In this document: piece after piece, positions 18,394 to 28,358 of the stretch
How the letters are laid out: each line of letters begins with the position of its first letter
Numbering within the stretch: position 1 is the stretch's first letter
Assembly (NCBI GenBank): GCA_016181005.1
Contig: JACPAE010000001.1
Span: 90,508-154,507, forward strand
Direction of reading: 5' to 3'
Origin: Candidatus Aenigmatarchaeota archaeon
GTDB taxonomy: Archaea > Aenigmatarchaeota > Aenigmatarchaeia > CG10238-14 > SCSR01
DNA: 64,000 bases
The notes under the pieces: model-generated
What the model was told of the DNA's origin: nothing
Seen by the model: only the letters and a program-made list of their open reading frames with translations
The model's database searches: none
Translations under genes and position numbers: made by a program

Positions 18394-18522
18394 CGTTATA
18401 GAACGAAAAGGACAAGATACTTGATGATCCAGCCGTACATAAAGAACTGCTAAGGAATTTCTATTAATTGCCGGGTAGTCCTAGGCTTATTTCTTTAAAA
18501 ATCCAACCAATATTCTATATAA

Positions 18523-18756
18523 GTGCTGGTAGGCATGGGAAAAAGAAAGCTTGGCCTCATACCCCCGATGTATGTAGAGCCAAACAGAAAAATGAAAAAC
18601 TTTATGAAAGTGGCCAAATATCCGAAAACCATTAGAGAGTACAAAGACCTTATGAAAAGTTTGAAAGCCAGTCCAAGAAACTTCAGTAAAAAGCTTCGAG
18701 AGTATACTTGGAAGGGTAAAACTGTGGCCGATATTGAGAAGGAACTAGCTGGATAA
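18523..18756 (+). CDS. small basic hypothetical protein
   Basis: 77-aa Lys-rich ORF. Confidence 0.3.
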   Translation: MLVGMGKRKLGLIPPMYVEPNRKMKNFMKVAKYPKTIREYKDLMKSLKASPRNFSKKLREYTWKGKTVADIEKELAG

Positions 18757-18774
18757 GTCCTAATAGGTGATGGT

Positions 18775-19035
18775 ATGAAATTGAAGATGAAACTCCCAAA
18801 AGAATTGGAGGTAAGGGTGCTTACGGCTTTATACAAGTACTATACAAAGGACGTGACCTTTGAGAGGGCCGCAGAGGACGAAAACATACCAATAGTATTA
18901 TTTGTAAACTATGTCAACGATAATGACCTGCCCATAGTACACACAGATAAAGACATGAGCGTTGGAATACAAAGGGTGCTGGTCCTTATGAAGGAAAGGG
19001 GTATGAAGGTTGACAAGTTAAGACTTTCTGCCTAA
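18775..19035 (+). CDS. small hypothetical protein
   Basis: 86-aa ORF 18 nt after the previous one. Confidence 0.3.
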   Translation: MKLKMKLPKELEVRVLTALYKYYTKDVTFERAAEDENIPIVLFVNYVNDNDLPIVHTDKDMSVGIQRVLVLMKERGMKVDKLRLSA

Positions 19036-19067
19036 GATATCCTAGATAATCACACTTTCATTACTCC

Positions 19068-19106
19068 CATAACACCATTTAAAAACCACAAATCAGAATA
19101 TTGATG
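19068..19106 (+). promoter_or_regulatory. promoter-like motif copy 2; TATA-like tttaaaa about 30 nt upstream of S2P ATG (leaderless)
   Basis: The motif ends 3 nt before the ATG at 19109. Confidence 0.35.
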
Positions 19107-19108
19107 TT

Positions 19109-20266
19109 ATGGTATCCTTCGAGATCGTCTCGCTTGTCGCATTCGCCACGGTCATAGGATTGTGGCTGTTGTCTGACAGGAAAAACAAGGAGATGACGTT
19201 CAAGTACGGCTTTATTATCAGGAGATGGACGAAGGGCTTGGAGCTTATCGACAAGGTGGTTTCCAGCCATCCAAGACTAATTACAATTGTCGGCAACATA
19301 GGGATCGGTATAGGTGTGTTGGCAGGACTGGGGGGTCTGGCCGTCCTGATATATCTCACAATTAACCTGCAGCAGGCGTTCCAGCTAGTTCTTCCAACAG
19401 CAGGCGGCTACCAGATACCTGGCCCTGTAATCTCGATACCTTTCTGGTACTGGCTGACAGCGATTTTCATCATCGTCGTCACGCATGAATCAATGCACGC
19501 AGTCTTCGCCAGACTGGAGAACGTCAAGGTGAAGAATTACGGAATCTTAATGCTTCTTCTTCTGCCGATAGGCGCGTTTGTCGACCCCGACGAGAAAAGA
19601 ATCAAGAAGCTAGGCACTATAAAGAAATTAAGAATATTTGCCGCCGGCAGCCTTGCCAACTTCATCACAGCAATAATCGGAGTCATTGTCCTGATATCAT
19701 CGGTGTTTCTCTTCACGTCCGCAACAAAGAACATGGGCGTCGCGATAGAGTCTGTGGAGCCCGGCTCGCCTGCGGACAAGGCAGGTTTGGAAGGGACTAT
19801 AACGGAGATCAATGCCATCAAAATCAACAACAGCCTTGACTTCGCCAAAGCCTTGAACAGCACGAAGGCCGGGGATACCCTGGACATAACAACAGACAGA
19901 GGCGTCTACAAGCTCGCGCTGGAGATCCATCCGAAAAATGAAAATAGGACCTACATGGGCGTAAGCATCAGGAACGCGTTCTCCTTCGACGTCTTCGGAC
20001 TGCAGGGAATAGTTTCCAGTGTGTTTTACAGCGTCTTCTTCACCGTAATCTCCTTCCTCAACTGGCTGATAGTGATCAGCGCTGGAGTGGGAACAGTTAA
20101 CATGCTCCCGATGAAGCCGTTGGACGGCGGCCTGTTCTTCGAGGAGATATTCACAAAAGTGTTTGGCGACAACGGAAAGAAACTGATTCTTGTCTCAAGC
20201 TACCTGATACTGGGATTGCTATTGCTGAACCTCTTCGGCCTTCCGCTGCTAAAGTCTATTCTTTGA
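19109..20266 (+). CDS. site-2 protease (M50 family intramembrane metalloprotease) with PDZ domain
   Basis: HESMHAVFA (HExxH) in a TM helix, PDZ-like middle region, NMLPMKPLDGG (LDG motif). Confidence 0.85.
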   Translation: MVSFEIVSLVAFATVIGLWLLSDRKNKEMTFKYGFIIRRWTKGLELIDKVVSSHPRLITIVGNIGIGIGVLAGLGGLAVLIYLTINLQQAFQLVLPTAGGYQIPGPVISIPFWYWLTAIFIIVVTHESMHAVFARLENVKVKNYGILMLLLLPIGAFVDPDEKRIKKLGTIKKLRIFAAGSLANFITAIIGVIVLISSVFLFTSATKNMGVAIESVEPGSPADKAGLEGTITEINAIKINNSLDFAKALNSTKAGDTLDITTDRGVYKLALEIHPKNENRTYMGVSIRNAFSFDVFGLQGIVSSVFYSVFFTVISFLNWLIVISAGVGTVNMLPMKPLDGGLFFEEIFTKVFGDNGKKLILVSSYLILGLLLLNLFGLPLLKSIL

Positions 20267-20816
20267 GAACTTCAGTCTTCCTGATCTCGAAATTCCTTAC
20301 GGGATAAATAATCCTGCCCTGCCGAATAATCCTGTTCTTGATCTCGTTGTTCATGACCTTGCTGATGAACTCCTCTAATGTGGAATTCTCAACCTCTTCC
20401 TTGACGATGCTCACGACATATTTCCTTATCTTCGCCTCGACATTTGTCCTTACTTTCTTCGACATGACTGTCAGTCCCTTTACGCGTAGCTTGACATTGT
20501 CCTGCGTCTTGAGGTCCTGCACAGAATCTATCCTCTTTATTCTCCTTAGAACCATCCTTGAGATGTAATCCTGCATGCATTCGAAACCGTCGAAAACTGT
20601 AGATGCCCTGGTCCCGTTTACAGCATCAATCTTGAACTTGAATTTGACATAGTACTTGTTCATGTCGTCCATAAGCTCTATGGCGTTAAGTATCAACCTC
20701 TTGCCTACGAGCGATTGCGGCTCCGCTGTCCGCGCCTTTCCTATGTCCTTCTCTCCGAAAACCTTCGGCGCCACAATCGTGCACCACTGCTTCCCCTTTA
20801 TCTTAACTGCCAACAA
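20256..20816 (-). CDS. rps3ae: 30S ribosomal protein S3Ae (eS1)
   Basis: 186 aa with the characteristic KxKGKQWxxIxAP...F N-terminus. Confidence 0.85.
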   Translation of the reverse strand: MLAVKIKGKQWCTIVAPKVFGEKDIGKARTAEPQSLVGKRLILNAIELMDDMNKYYVKFKFKIDAVNGTRASTVFDGFECMQDYISRMVLRRIKRIDSVQDLKTQDNVKLRVKGLTVMSKKVRTNVEAKIRKYVVSIVKEEVENSTLEEFISKVMNNEIKNRIIRQGRIIYPVRNFEIRKTEVLKE

Positions 20817-20817
20817 A

Positions 20818-21279
20818 TCAACCTTTCTGGATTATGAGCCTTGCCTTCTCTGGGTCGTACCTCCAGTCTGAAGGAAGCTTTTTTGTCCTGACATAGTACT
20901 TGACCAGCCTTCTTATCTTAGACTCGAGGTTCTGCAGGCCTCTCTTAGAATGCTTGTCCTGCTTGTTTGAAGACATGTGCTTCCTCAAGTTAACAGCTTT
21001 TCTTAATAAGAATAATAAATCTTCAGGTATCTCAGGATAATTCCCGCTCTCCTTCATTATCCCGCTCACAGGCTTTCCGGCGATAACCTGCACGTCCGGT
21101 ATTCCATGCGTGTCCCGGAGTATCGTGCCTATCATGGAAGACGAATATTTCTGCTTTGCAAGGCCTGCAACCATACCTTCGACATCCGCCTTGCTGTACT
21201 TGACCCATTTGGGGATAGACTTGTGCGGAGGCCTGTGGCTACCGCTCCTGCCTTTCTTGCCTGAGTAGATTCTTGCCAT
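20818..21279 (-). CDS. rps15: 30S ribosomal protein S15 (uS15, S13e type)
   Basis: MARIYSGKKGRSGSHRP...SKADVEGMV...LRDTHGIP; 153 aa. Confidence 0.9.
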   Translation of the reverse strand: MARIYSGKKGRSGSHRPPHKSIPKWVKYSKADVEGMVAGLAKQKYSSSMIGTILRDTHGIPDVQVIAGKPVSGIMKESGNYPEIPEDLLFLLRKAVNLRKHMSSNKQDKHSKRGLQNLESKIRRLVKYYVRTKKLPSDWRYDPEKARLIIQKG

Positions 21280-21339
21280 AATTTCACGGTAAATGTTTTA
21301 GAAATCTATATTTATCTATCTTTATAAAGTACGCCAAGG

Positions 21340-21966
21340 TCATTCCCTGTTCGCATATCTTGCCCGCTTTTCAATCTCCGTCAACTGCTGCAGGACTGCG
21401 CCTGTGTTTTTGTACTCCGACTTGTAGCCGGCAAGTATTCCGCTCCAAATGGTGTTGAAATTCTGGAAGTGGGTTGACTTGACCGCCTCTTTCAGCAACT
21501 TCAAGTCCACCCCCTTGTCTTCAATCCTTTGCGTGAAATCGCCGAGGCTAAAGTCTATCATGTAAATCTTGCCGTTGCTGAGAATCATGTTCGATGTCGT
21601 CAAGTCCCCGTGAACTATGTCACTTGCGTGCAGCTTTCCTATTATCCTGCCCAATTCCCTGCACAGTGGTTCCAAATCTTCCTTTGAAGCTGCGTTCAAA
21701 TAGTCCCTTAATTTTTCGCCTTTGACAAACTCCATAACGATTTTGCAGCTCTTTTCATCAACTGAAAATATCTTCGGCGTGGATATTCCAAGCTTCCTTG
21801 CTTCTGTCAGCAGCTTCACTTCTTTCCTCGTCCTGAGCTTCCTCAGCTCCTCGTCCAGCTCCTTTACCCTGTATTTTTTCGGAGTCCTTTCCTTGACGAG
21901 AACGTCCTCGCCATCGAAGGAGTCGATGTACACAACAGCTTCAGCCCCGCGGTACAGAATTTCCAT
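21340..21966 (-). CDS. bud32: Bud32/PRPK-type small kinase (KEOPS subunit)
   Basis: 208 aa. LYRGAEA... resembles the Bud32 glycine-loop region (inexact), with HGDLTTSNMIL catalytic loop and DFSLGDF. Confidence 0.8.
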   Translation of the reverse strand: MEILYRGAEAVVYIDSFDGEDVLVKERTPKKYRVKELDEELRKLRTRKEVKLLTEARKLGISTPKIFSVDEKSCKIVMEFVKGEKLRDYLNAASKEDLEPLCRELGRIIGKLHASDIVHGDLTTSNMILSNGKIYMIDFSLGDFTQRIEDKGVDLKLLKEAVKSTHFQNFNTIWSGILAGYKSEYKNTGAVLQQLTEIEKRARYANRE

Positions 21967-21978
21967 AAATTAAAAGCT

Positions 21979-22518
21979 GTGGCAAACTATTTAATACTGA
22001 TGAAGATAGACTGGAAAGTTTACGCGGCTGTGATGGGACTGGCGTTGATAGCGGCTATTGCACTATTCATAGCTAAAATTTTCTATCTTGTGGGCGCGAT
22101 TCTAGCCACACTGCTTTTGGCGTTATTGCTGGGGGTCATGAAGCCGGTGAAATACTTGGGAATCGAATTGGTCACATTGTCCACAATACTTATCGGGATA
22201 ATGTTCGGGTCTTTAATCGGAGCTGTATACGGGGCTGTGGTTCTGATAGCCCATTTGATTCTTGGGAGATACTATATAGGCCCTTATTTACTGTGGCTGT
22301 TGCCAGAATATGCACTGATTGGAGTTGTATCCGGCGTCATGGGCAATGGCATTATAAGCTTGGTGGGTGTGTCGGTAATAGCGGGCATGAATTTTGTCAA
22401 TCTATTTTTGACTTTCCTTGTGGACCGAGAACGCGTTGGCCCCTACGTGCCGTATGTCTTGGGGAATGTTGTAATAAATTCCTTGCTGCTGATGCAGGTC
22501 ATGCCGCTGCTTCTCTAA
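21979..22518 (+). CDS. polytopic membrane protein
   Basis: 179 aa with 5-6 TM helices. Confidence 0.45.
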   Translation: MANYLILMKIDWKVYAAVMGLALIAAIALFIAKIFYLVGAILATLLLALLLGVMKPVKYLGIELVTLSTILIGIMFGSLIGAVYGAVVLIAHLILGRYYIGPYLLWLLPEYALIGVVSGVMGNGIISLVGVSVIAGMNFVNLFLTFLVDRERVGPYVPYVLGNVVINSLLLMQVMPLLL

Positions 22519-23481
22519 TCAGAGGTCTACAAGGCCGCCTTCAGCGATCTTGAACACTGCCTCTCCCTCGCTCAAGTTCGGGGCGTCAACCATGCGTGCA
22601 ATCCTTGTTCCTTCCTTCCCTCTTCTCAGATACATTCTGTATGTTGCAGCGTGGGCCAGGACATTTCCCCCGACGAAAGTTGTAGGATCTCCAAAGAGTA
22701 TATCAGGTCTTGACATTACTTGATTTGTGATATAAACAGTTATGTTGTATGCGTCAGCCAAGCGCTGCAGCTGGTGCAGGTGCTTATTCAACTTCTGTTG
22801 CCTTCCTGCAAGTTCGCCCCTTCCGACAAAATCTGCACGGAAATGGGATGTTACCGAGTCGACAACAATTAATTTAATTTTTTTTTCTTCGATTATTTCC
22901 GGGGCCTTGTCTATCAATAGTATTTGATGTGCTGTATTGAATGCGCGCGCGACATAAATCTTTTTCAGGACTCTCTCTGGTTCCAACTTCAATGCTCTTG
23001 CTATCTGGACTATTCTCTCAGGCCGGAAGGTGTTCTCAGTGTCAATAAAGAGGCATGCCCCGTCTAATCCTCCTTTGTCTTTTGGCAACTGCACCGCCAC
23101 TGCCAATTGAAACCCCAACTGACTCTTGCCTGACCCGTACATGCCGTAAGCCTCTGTTATTGCCTGCGTCTCCACGCCTCCTCCAAGAAGCTCGTTCAAA
23201 GTCTTGCTTCCGGTAGTTATCTTCGCCACCGTCATCCTTTTCTCCAGAATCTTGTCAGCGGTCTCGTAGCCGATGTTGAGCATTTCCCTTACAGAGCTTA
23301 TTATCTTTGCTGCCTGCCCTTCGCCTATCTCTGCTATGTTCGCTAGCTCGGTGGGCGACGTGACAGCAATAACCATCGGGTCCGTATAGCCAATATTCTT
23401 CAGCTTTTCGGCAATCTTCACGCCCACTCCAGGCAAGTCCTCAAGTGAAAAATCCTTTTTTGCCAAATTATCCACCGACAA
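22519..23481 (-). CDS. radA: DNA repair and recombination protein RadA
   Basis: N-terminal HhH ([15 protein letters not shown]), Walker [11 protein letters not shown], and the RecA/Rad51 core. Confidence 0.95.
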   Translation of the reverse strand: MSVDNLAKKDFSLEDLPGVGVKIAEKLKNIGYTDPMVIAVTSPTELANIAEIGEGQAAKIISSVREMLNIGYETADKILEKRMTVAKITTGSKTLNELLGGGVETQAITEAYGMYGSGKSQLGFQLAVAVQLPKDKGGLDGACLFIDTENTFRPERIVQIARALKLEPERVLKKIYVARAFNTAHQILLIDKAPEIIEEKKIKLIVVDSVTSHFRADFVGRGELAGRQQKLNKHLHQLQRLADAYNITVYITNQVMSRPDILFGDPTTFVGGNVLAHAATYRMYLRRGKEGTRIARMVDAPNLSEGEAVFKIAEGGLVDL

Positions 23482-24472
23482 TAATTTCTATCTCGTTGAC
23501 TAATCTTTTACTCTCTTCCAAAGCATTTATATCTTCAAAATCTGTGACGCTGAATTCCAGCCTGTCGAACATCTTGTTTCTCTTCACTCTTCCCCTGAAA
23601 AGCATCTCCCTGCCAAGCAGCTTTTCCTTCATCATGTCTAACCTTTGGTCAGTGCCGAGGTCGATTAAATCAGCCGGAGTAATCTCGCACAATTTTTCCG
23701 CAACTTCCCTGAATAAGACGCATCTTATGTCGCCGGTGCCGTCGTCGACAATAAATGAGACTATTAATGCGTGGTTCGGGGGGACTTCGCCGTGCTCGTT
23801 GCACTTGCCTGCATCCAGCTTGCCTTCGCAGATGGAGCAAGTGCTGAACATGAAATTCCCCTTGAACAACTGGACTATGGTTCCCCTGATTTCAAAGGCT
23901 CCGCTTGATGCAAGACTTGCTATGCTGGCTCTTTCTGGCAAAGGATTGTAAAGTATGCTTTCCAGTTCCTCGATAGTGGGCAGATCTAGGTCATGAACAT
24001 GGTTTATCGAGCCGAATTTTCCCAGCGCAATCTCCTTCTCCCCATAAATATTTTCCTTCACCAAGCCATTGCCGATTTTCACCACATCTCCTATAGTAAC
24101 AAGCCCGTCCTCCACAATTCTCACCTGATCGTCCCAAAGCGGAATCCTGACGACACCGGTGCTGTCGCCGATGTGGATGTTCGACACCCTCCCCTTCCTT
24201 CCGTCTCTCTGGAACTCGTTGATCTTGGATATCTTGAATATCCTTCCTGATATGCTGACGTTTTTCATTCCCAGACTTATTTCCCTTATTTTCATCCTGT
24301 ATTCACCGGCAAGGTTTATGCCAAGCTCCTTCGCGATTAGACGCACTGCGCCTTCCTTCGTAATTAACGATTCCATCTCGTCGTATTTATTGTTGACCTT
24401 CCTAAGCAATTCGTCCCTGGCGACATCGGACTTGGCTGCCAGCTCCTTAAACAGATGGTCAAATTGGTCCAT
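23468..24472 (-). CDS. rpa: replication protein A (ssDNA-binding, OB folds + Zn ribbon)
   Basis: OB-fold pattern plus [17 protein letters not shown] zinc ribbon. The start is set at the internal ATG 24472 because the table ORF would overlap the histone gene. Confidence 0.75.
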   Translation of the reverse strand: MDQFDHLFKELAAKSDVARDELLRKVNNKYDEMESLITKEGAVRLIAKELGINLAGEYRMKIREISLGMKNVSISGRIFKISKINEFQRDGRKGRVSNIHIGDSTGVVRIPLWDDQVRIVEDGLVTIGDVVKIGNGLVKENIYGEKEIALGKFGSINHVHDLDLPTIEELESILYNPLPERASIASLASSGAFEIRGTIVQLFKGNFMFSTCSICEGKLDAGKCNEHGEVPPNHALIVSFIVDDGTGDIRCVLFREVAEKLCEITPADLIDLGTDQRLDMMKEKLLGREMLFRGRVKRNKMFDRLEFSVTDFEDINALEESKRLVNEIEIIVGG

Positions 24473-24500
24473 GTCTAATTCTTGTAAGTTGAAGAATAAA

Positions 24501-24710
24501 TTAAGGCTTCTTTCGGCTGAGCCTGATATCTTCCGCGATGAGAGTCTTCCTTCCTGCGTGCTTGGCAAGTTCGGACGCTTCCTTTGCCACTGTTATCAGC
24601 CTGTCCTCCATCACAGTCGCCAGTTCTTCCAGCGCCTCTTGAGAGACCCTCTTTGCTCCTACCTTTTTCAGGATTCTCTCGAACGGAAGTTTAGGCAGAA
24701 TGTTTGCCAT
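24501..24710 (-). CDS. archaeal histone (HMf-like histone fold)
   Basis: 69 aa: PxAPxERIxK...AEELATxMEDR...A.E.A.HAGRKTIxAEDIxLA is a classic histone-fold signature. Confidence 0.85.
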   Translation of the reverse strand: MANILPKLPFERILKKVGAKRVSQEALEELATVMEDRLITVAKEASELAKHAGRKTLIAEDIRLSRKKP

Positions 24711-24740
24711 AATTAAAATTAAGGATTGTTAAATTAAAGC

Positions 24741-24983
24741 TTAAGCTTCCTTGAATTCCCTGGCAACCCACACGGCAATCAAGCCGATTGTGGAAAGAAA
24801 GCTTACAACAGCCCCCATCATCGCAAGGATCACGGTGAATCCTCTTGCACTAAATATAGTCAGACCTATGCCGATCGAAAGCATTGCGACTCCTGCTATG
24901 ATAGCCAAGATGAAATAGTTCTCGTAGCTTTCCATCCTGTCCTTCCCTTTCAGCCTTTCAAGATACTTCTTCATAAATTTCAC
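24741..24983 (-). CDS. small two-TM membrane protein
   Basis: 80-aa ORF upstream of histone/RPA. Confidence 0.35.
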   Translation of the reverse strand: MKFMKKYLERLKGKDRMESYENYFILAIIAGVAMLSIGIGLTIFSARGFTVILAMMGAVVSFLSTIGLIAVWVAREFKEA

Positions 24984-27094
24984 TGCAGTTTCGCCTTAAA
25001 TATCTTTACCTCGGAGTTCGAATACATGAGCTCGAAATTCTTCAAGTCCCTGCCTTGGAAGAAGAACATGTTAGTGTAAACAGAATCCCTTATAGAAGCA
25101 TCCATGAAAATCACTGACCTGAAACTTGGGTCGACCCAAACCATTGCGTCTAATGTGTTGTTGTCGGTTTTGCTTATCCTAATCTCCTGCCCGGCTTGGA
25201 AGTATACAATATCTCTTACTAGTGCATTCCTCACGCCGTATCTTGGAGCGTTCAAAACAGCCAATATCTGGGTGTCGTTCTGAAGAAGCGATATGGTCAC
25301 TTCACTATTTTGATAGACAGACCTGTCGAGCGCAGACAATGGAATTATCTGATAGTTCTTGCCGTCGCATTCCCACTGTTTCCCGCCTGTCGATTTCCAT
25401 AGGTTCATGTCAAATGTCCCGAAGCAGCTCATCCAGTAGTATTTCCCTATCAAATCATTCGTTGCCATTATGTAAACTTCGGAAACGTCTTTACATGCGT
25501 CCTCAGGCATCTTGTTCCCGTTCGTCTGCCTAGCCAAATCACACTGATCGTCGGTAAGGTGCGTATATTTCTTTATAATTTCCAATGATTCAGTTTCGTT
25601 GTCTGTAGACATCATTCTCCCCATGTCGCGGATTCTTATGTTGTGGTCGTAAGGTATGCAATCGCCGTACCAGCAGTGCGCGCCGTCTGCATGAACCTTC
25701 AGTCCCGTGTAGCCTGCTATAATGTGGCCGGGATCCCACCAAGTAGCAACTAGCGCGTTATTATCGGCGTTGCTCTTCAGCCACTCGAGCGCGTTGTACC
25801 AGTTCTGGCTTATGACAAGGTCGCTGGAAGACTGGCCAATCTGCATCGCGGTTGATATAGAAACGAAAACCATCGCACCTATTACTGCAAACGTAGTTGC
25901 AAAGAGTAAAGCGTTCCTGCTTTTCAGATAATTGAAAAGATTGCCTATGACATAACCTCCGGAGAGTGCGGCTGCAGTGCTGAACAAAAGCTGGAACCTT
26001 GTTCCCTTAAGGATTAAGTAGAATGACATCACTGCCCACATGAAAAGGAAAACTTCCATGAAGTTTATCCTTTCCCTTCTGAAAATCTTGTAGACGACGA
26101 GCAGAGGCAAACCTAGAAGAGTCATTATTGTCGGCAACATTCCAACCCTGTTTGCAACAGAAAGGAATCCCTCCTTGGTGAAAATGTTCACTGCCTGCAA
26201 CTCTGCGACCGAGATGTTCACTATCAAAGGTTCGCCTCCTAGTCCTGTGAATGTAAGACCTCCTATGAAAGACTGTATCATCGTCCTCTGAAGGAGAATG
26301 AATCCGAGAACGTTGGTTATCAAAAGTATTATGAAAATAGGTGCGACAATCGATTTTATGTCGGGTAAAAGATTTTTCCAGTGTACCTTGAACCTCTGCT
26401 GATGGATGATGTCCTCGATTATTCTGAAGATTATGAATGCGGGTATGAAAGCGGTGAATAGTATCAGCGGTAGCCATCCTGCGCTCCAGTTGAACGCGAA
26501 CAAAAGCACGGAAATAACGCTGAGGGTATAAAGGGGGATTGAGAGAAAGAGATTTTTAGAGAACTTGATTGTTGTGACTATGGCCAACAAGGAGAGAAAC
26601 AGATAAAAGTTGACTACCACATCGGTGTCGACATAACCTCCCATTGAAACCACAATGAAGCTCGGCGAGACTACGGCGAAAAGTGCAGTCAATAACCCGC
26701 CAATATTGTTGGAAAGCATTCTCCCCAGCAGGAAGGCGGGGATAGTCGTCAGCGCAACCATAATAATCGGCGATATCTTGGCTACATTCATCAGGTCTAT
26801 GCTCATAAAACTGTTCAGTGCCTTGTAGAGGTACGCAATTGTAAACGGCCAGCCCTGATATATTGAATAAGGCCTGCCTGGCGGATAGTAGCTTAGAGTG
26901 TCCCAGCTTGGGATATTGTATCCGTTGTCTACAATCTCTTTTGCATGCCTGTAAAACCACCATGGGTCGTAGTCAAGCACAGTAGGGGATGAAAGAGTGG
27001 ACGTCCTGATGTAAATGCTTAAAATTATTATGAAACCAAGAGCTGCCAGTGTGGCCAAACCACCAAAAATTGATTTGTTTAAATTAATCTTCAT
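24980..27094 (-). CDS. aglB: archaeal oligosaccharyltransferase AglB (STT3 homologue)
   Basis: Polytopic N-terminal half plus a soluble C-terminal half with WWDPGH (WWDYG-type motif). Start is set at internal ATG 27094; the table start 27148 would overlap the next gene. Confidence 0.8.
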   Translation of the reverse strand: MKINLNKSIFGGLATLAALGFIIILSIYIRTSTLSSPTVLDYDPWWFYRHAKEIVDNGYNIPSWDTLSYYPPGRPYSIYQGWPFTIAYLYKALNSFMSIDLMNVAKISPIIMVALTTIPAFLLGRMLSNNIGGLLTALFAVVSPSFIVVSMGGYVDTDVVVNFYLFLSLLAIVTTIKFSKNLFLSIPLYTLSVISVLLFAFNWSAGWLPLILFTAFIPAFIIFRIIEDIIHQQRFKVHWKNLLPDIKSIVAPIFIILLITNVLGFILLQRTMIQSFIGGLTFTGLGGEPLIVNISVAELQAVNIFTKEGFLSVANRVGMLPTIMTLLGLPLLVVYKIFRRERINFMEVFLFMWAVMSFYLILKGTRFQLLFSTAAALSGGYVIGNLFNYLKSRNALLFATTFAVIGAMVFVSISTAMQIGQSSSDLVISQNWYNALEWLKSNADNNALVATWWDPGHIIAGYTGLKVHADGAHCWYGDCIPYDHNIRIRDMGRMMSTDNETESLEIIKKYTHLTDDQCDLARQTNGNKMPEDACKDVSEVYIMATNDLIGKYYWMSCFGTFDMNLWKSTGGKQWECDGKNYQIIPLSALDRSVYQNSEVTISLLQNDTQILAVLNAPRYGVRNALVRDIVYFQAGQEIRISKTDNNTLDAMVWVDPSFRSVIFMDASIRDSVYTNMFFFQGRDLKNFELMYSNSEVKIFKAKLQ

Positions 27095-27113
27095 GCAATC
27101 GCTCGACTTTTTT

Positions 27114-28310
27114 TTAAATATCAACCTTATGGTTAATAACGTTTTCATACATATCCAAATGCATCTTGGCAGACTTTTCCCATGTCATGTTTTTATATTT
27201 TTCCGTTCCCATATGTCCCATTTTAATCCTTCTGTCATCATCTTCCAGCAGTGTGACGATTTTGTCAGCAATATCTTCTGGTGACGCTATTGACAACAGA
27301 CCTGTCTTTCCATCGTCTACTCTCTCAAGATGAGAGCCCATGCTAGTGGCCACTGTTGCAACGCTGAAATAGCTGGCGTCCGCGAGAAGAAAGCAGAATC
27401 CGTCACTGAGTGCAGGGCAAACAACTAGGTCGCATGTCCTGAAAAATCTTGACACATCCTCCTGCGGTATTCTTCCTATGTAAGCTACATTGTTTTCAAG
27501 CCCCATTTCATGAACAAAAGGTTTCAGCTCATCGTACCCAGAGCCTGCAACTAGAAGACGTGCGCTTGGAATCTTTTCCAGAACAATTTTCATAGCCTTG
27601 AGCAGTGTGATGAGGTTCTTCGACTGCCCTGTCTTTTTGACGAGAAGCCTTCCTATGTATCCTATGACAAAATTGTCATTAAGTTTCAGCTCGTCCCTGT
27701 AATCGCCAGATTTGACATCGGGTTTGTCGTCGACTCCGTGTGGTATGACTGTTATCCTGCTTGGAGCAACGCCGTTTGCCTCCAATGTAGTCTTCGAATA
27801 TTCGGAAGGACATGCAAACCAGTCGTATGGAGATTTAGACATCAATCTCTCGGCAAGCGGATAAATGTTCTTTTCTAGGGAATTCTGGCCTATTTTATGC
27901 CAGAGCTCATTGAAAAATTCGTGGCAATAAAGGACTGAGGGCTTTTTGGCATATTTTGAAATCATCCAACCTGTCAACCCCGGCACCAGCGTGTTTATCT
28001 GCACTATGTCGACCTGCCTAGCCAGCTTTATGCCGGTTATAAGAGAGGTAAGAGCGAACGACTGCCTCCCTGGAAAAAGGTATTTAGAACTGTAGAATAT
28101 CGGCACCCTGTGGATTTTTATGCCGTCCAGAAACTCTTCCGACATCGTGTTTGGAATTTTCGAAGTAATCCAATGTACTTCATGGCCAATTTTCACCAGA
28201 GCCTTGCCTATGTTGAGTGTATATGTCTCCCCCCCGCCGAAATAAGGCGGTGCCAAGTCAGATGAGATTAGTACTTTCATCAAATCAAGCACTCGATAAA
28301 GTTTACTCAA
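27114..28310 (-). CDS. glycosyltransferase family 4
   Basis: GT-B/GT4 C-terminal EX7E-type region and N-terminal GGxE. Confidence 0.8.
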   Translation of the reverse strand: MSKLYRVLDLMKVLISSDLAPPYFGGGETYTLNIGKALVKIGHEVHWITSKIPNTMSEEFLDGIKIHRVPIFYSSKYLFPGRQSFALTSLITGIKLARQVDIVQINTLVPGLTGWMISKYAKKPSVLYCHEFFNELWHKIGQNSLEKNIYPLAERLMSKSPYDWFACPSEYSKTTLEANGVAPSRITVIPHGVDDKPDVKSGDYRDELKLNDNFVIGYIGRLLVKKTGQSKNLITLLKAMKIVLEKIPSARLLVAGSGYDELKPFVHEMGLENNVAYIGRIPQEDVSRFFRTCDLVVCPALSDGFCFLLADASYFSVATVATSMGSHLERVDDGKTGLLSIASPEDIADKIVTLLEDDDRRIKMGHMGTEKYKNMTWEKSAKMHLDMYENVINHKVDI

Positions 28311-28358
28311 ATGTTAAGTATTTTAACTTTTGGTTGAATTAGATATAAGGGATCGAAA

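Larger units (their letters stand above)
11797..18400. other. AT-rich defence island immediately 3' of tRNA-Leu (RHH/ImmA/DUF4411; Dcm/Vsr/candidate REase; DGQHR pair)
   Basis: Every gene between the tRNA and the S2P/core block is defence-related or hypothetical. The region is visibly more AT-rich than the flanks. No integrase and no tRNA-derived direct repeat was found. Confidence 0.5.

Noticed and set aside
18357-19106. Direct repeats as att sites of an integrated element
   Set aside because: No integrase, no relation to the tRNA 3' end, and copy 2 is positioned exactly as a TATA/BRE for the S2P gene. More likely a promoter consensus.
24980-27148. Many short plus-strand ORFs (25222-25533, 25722-25931, 27015-27284) antisense to aglB
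   Set aside because: They sit inside a well-supported 700-aa AglB frame and have no protein-like features.
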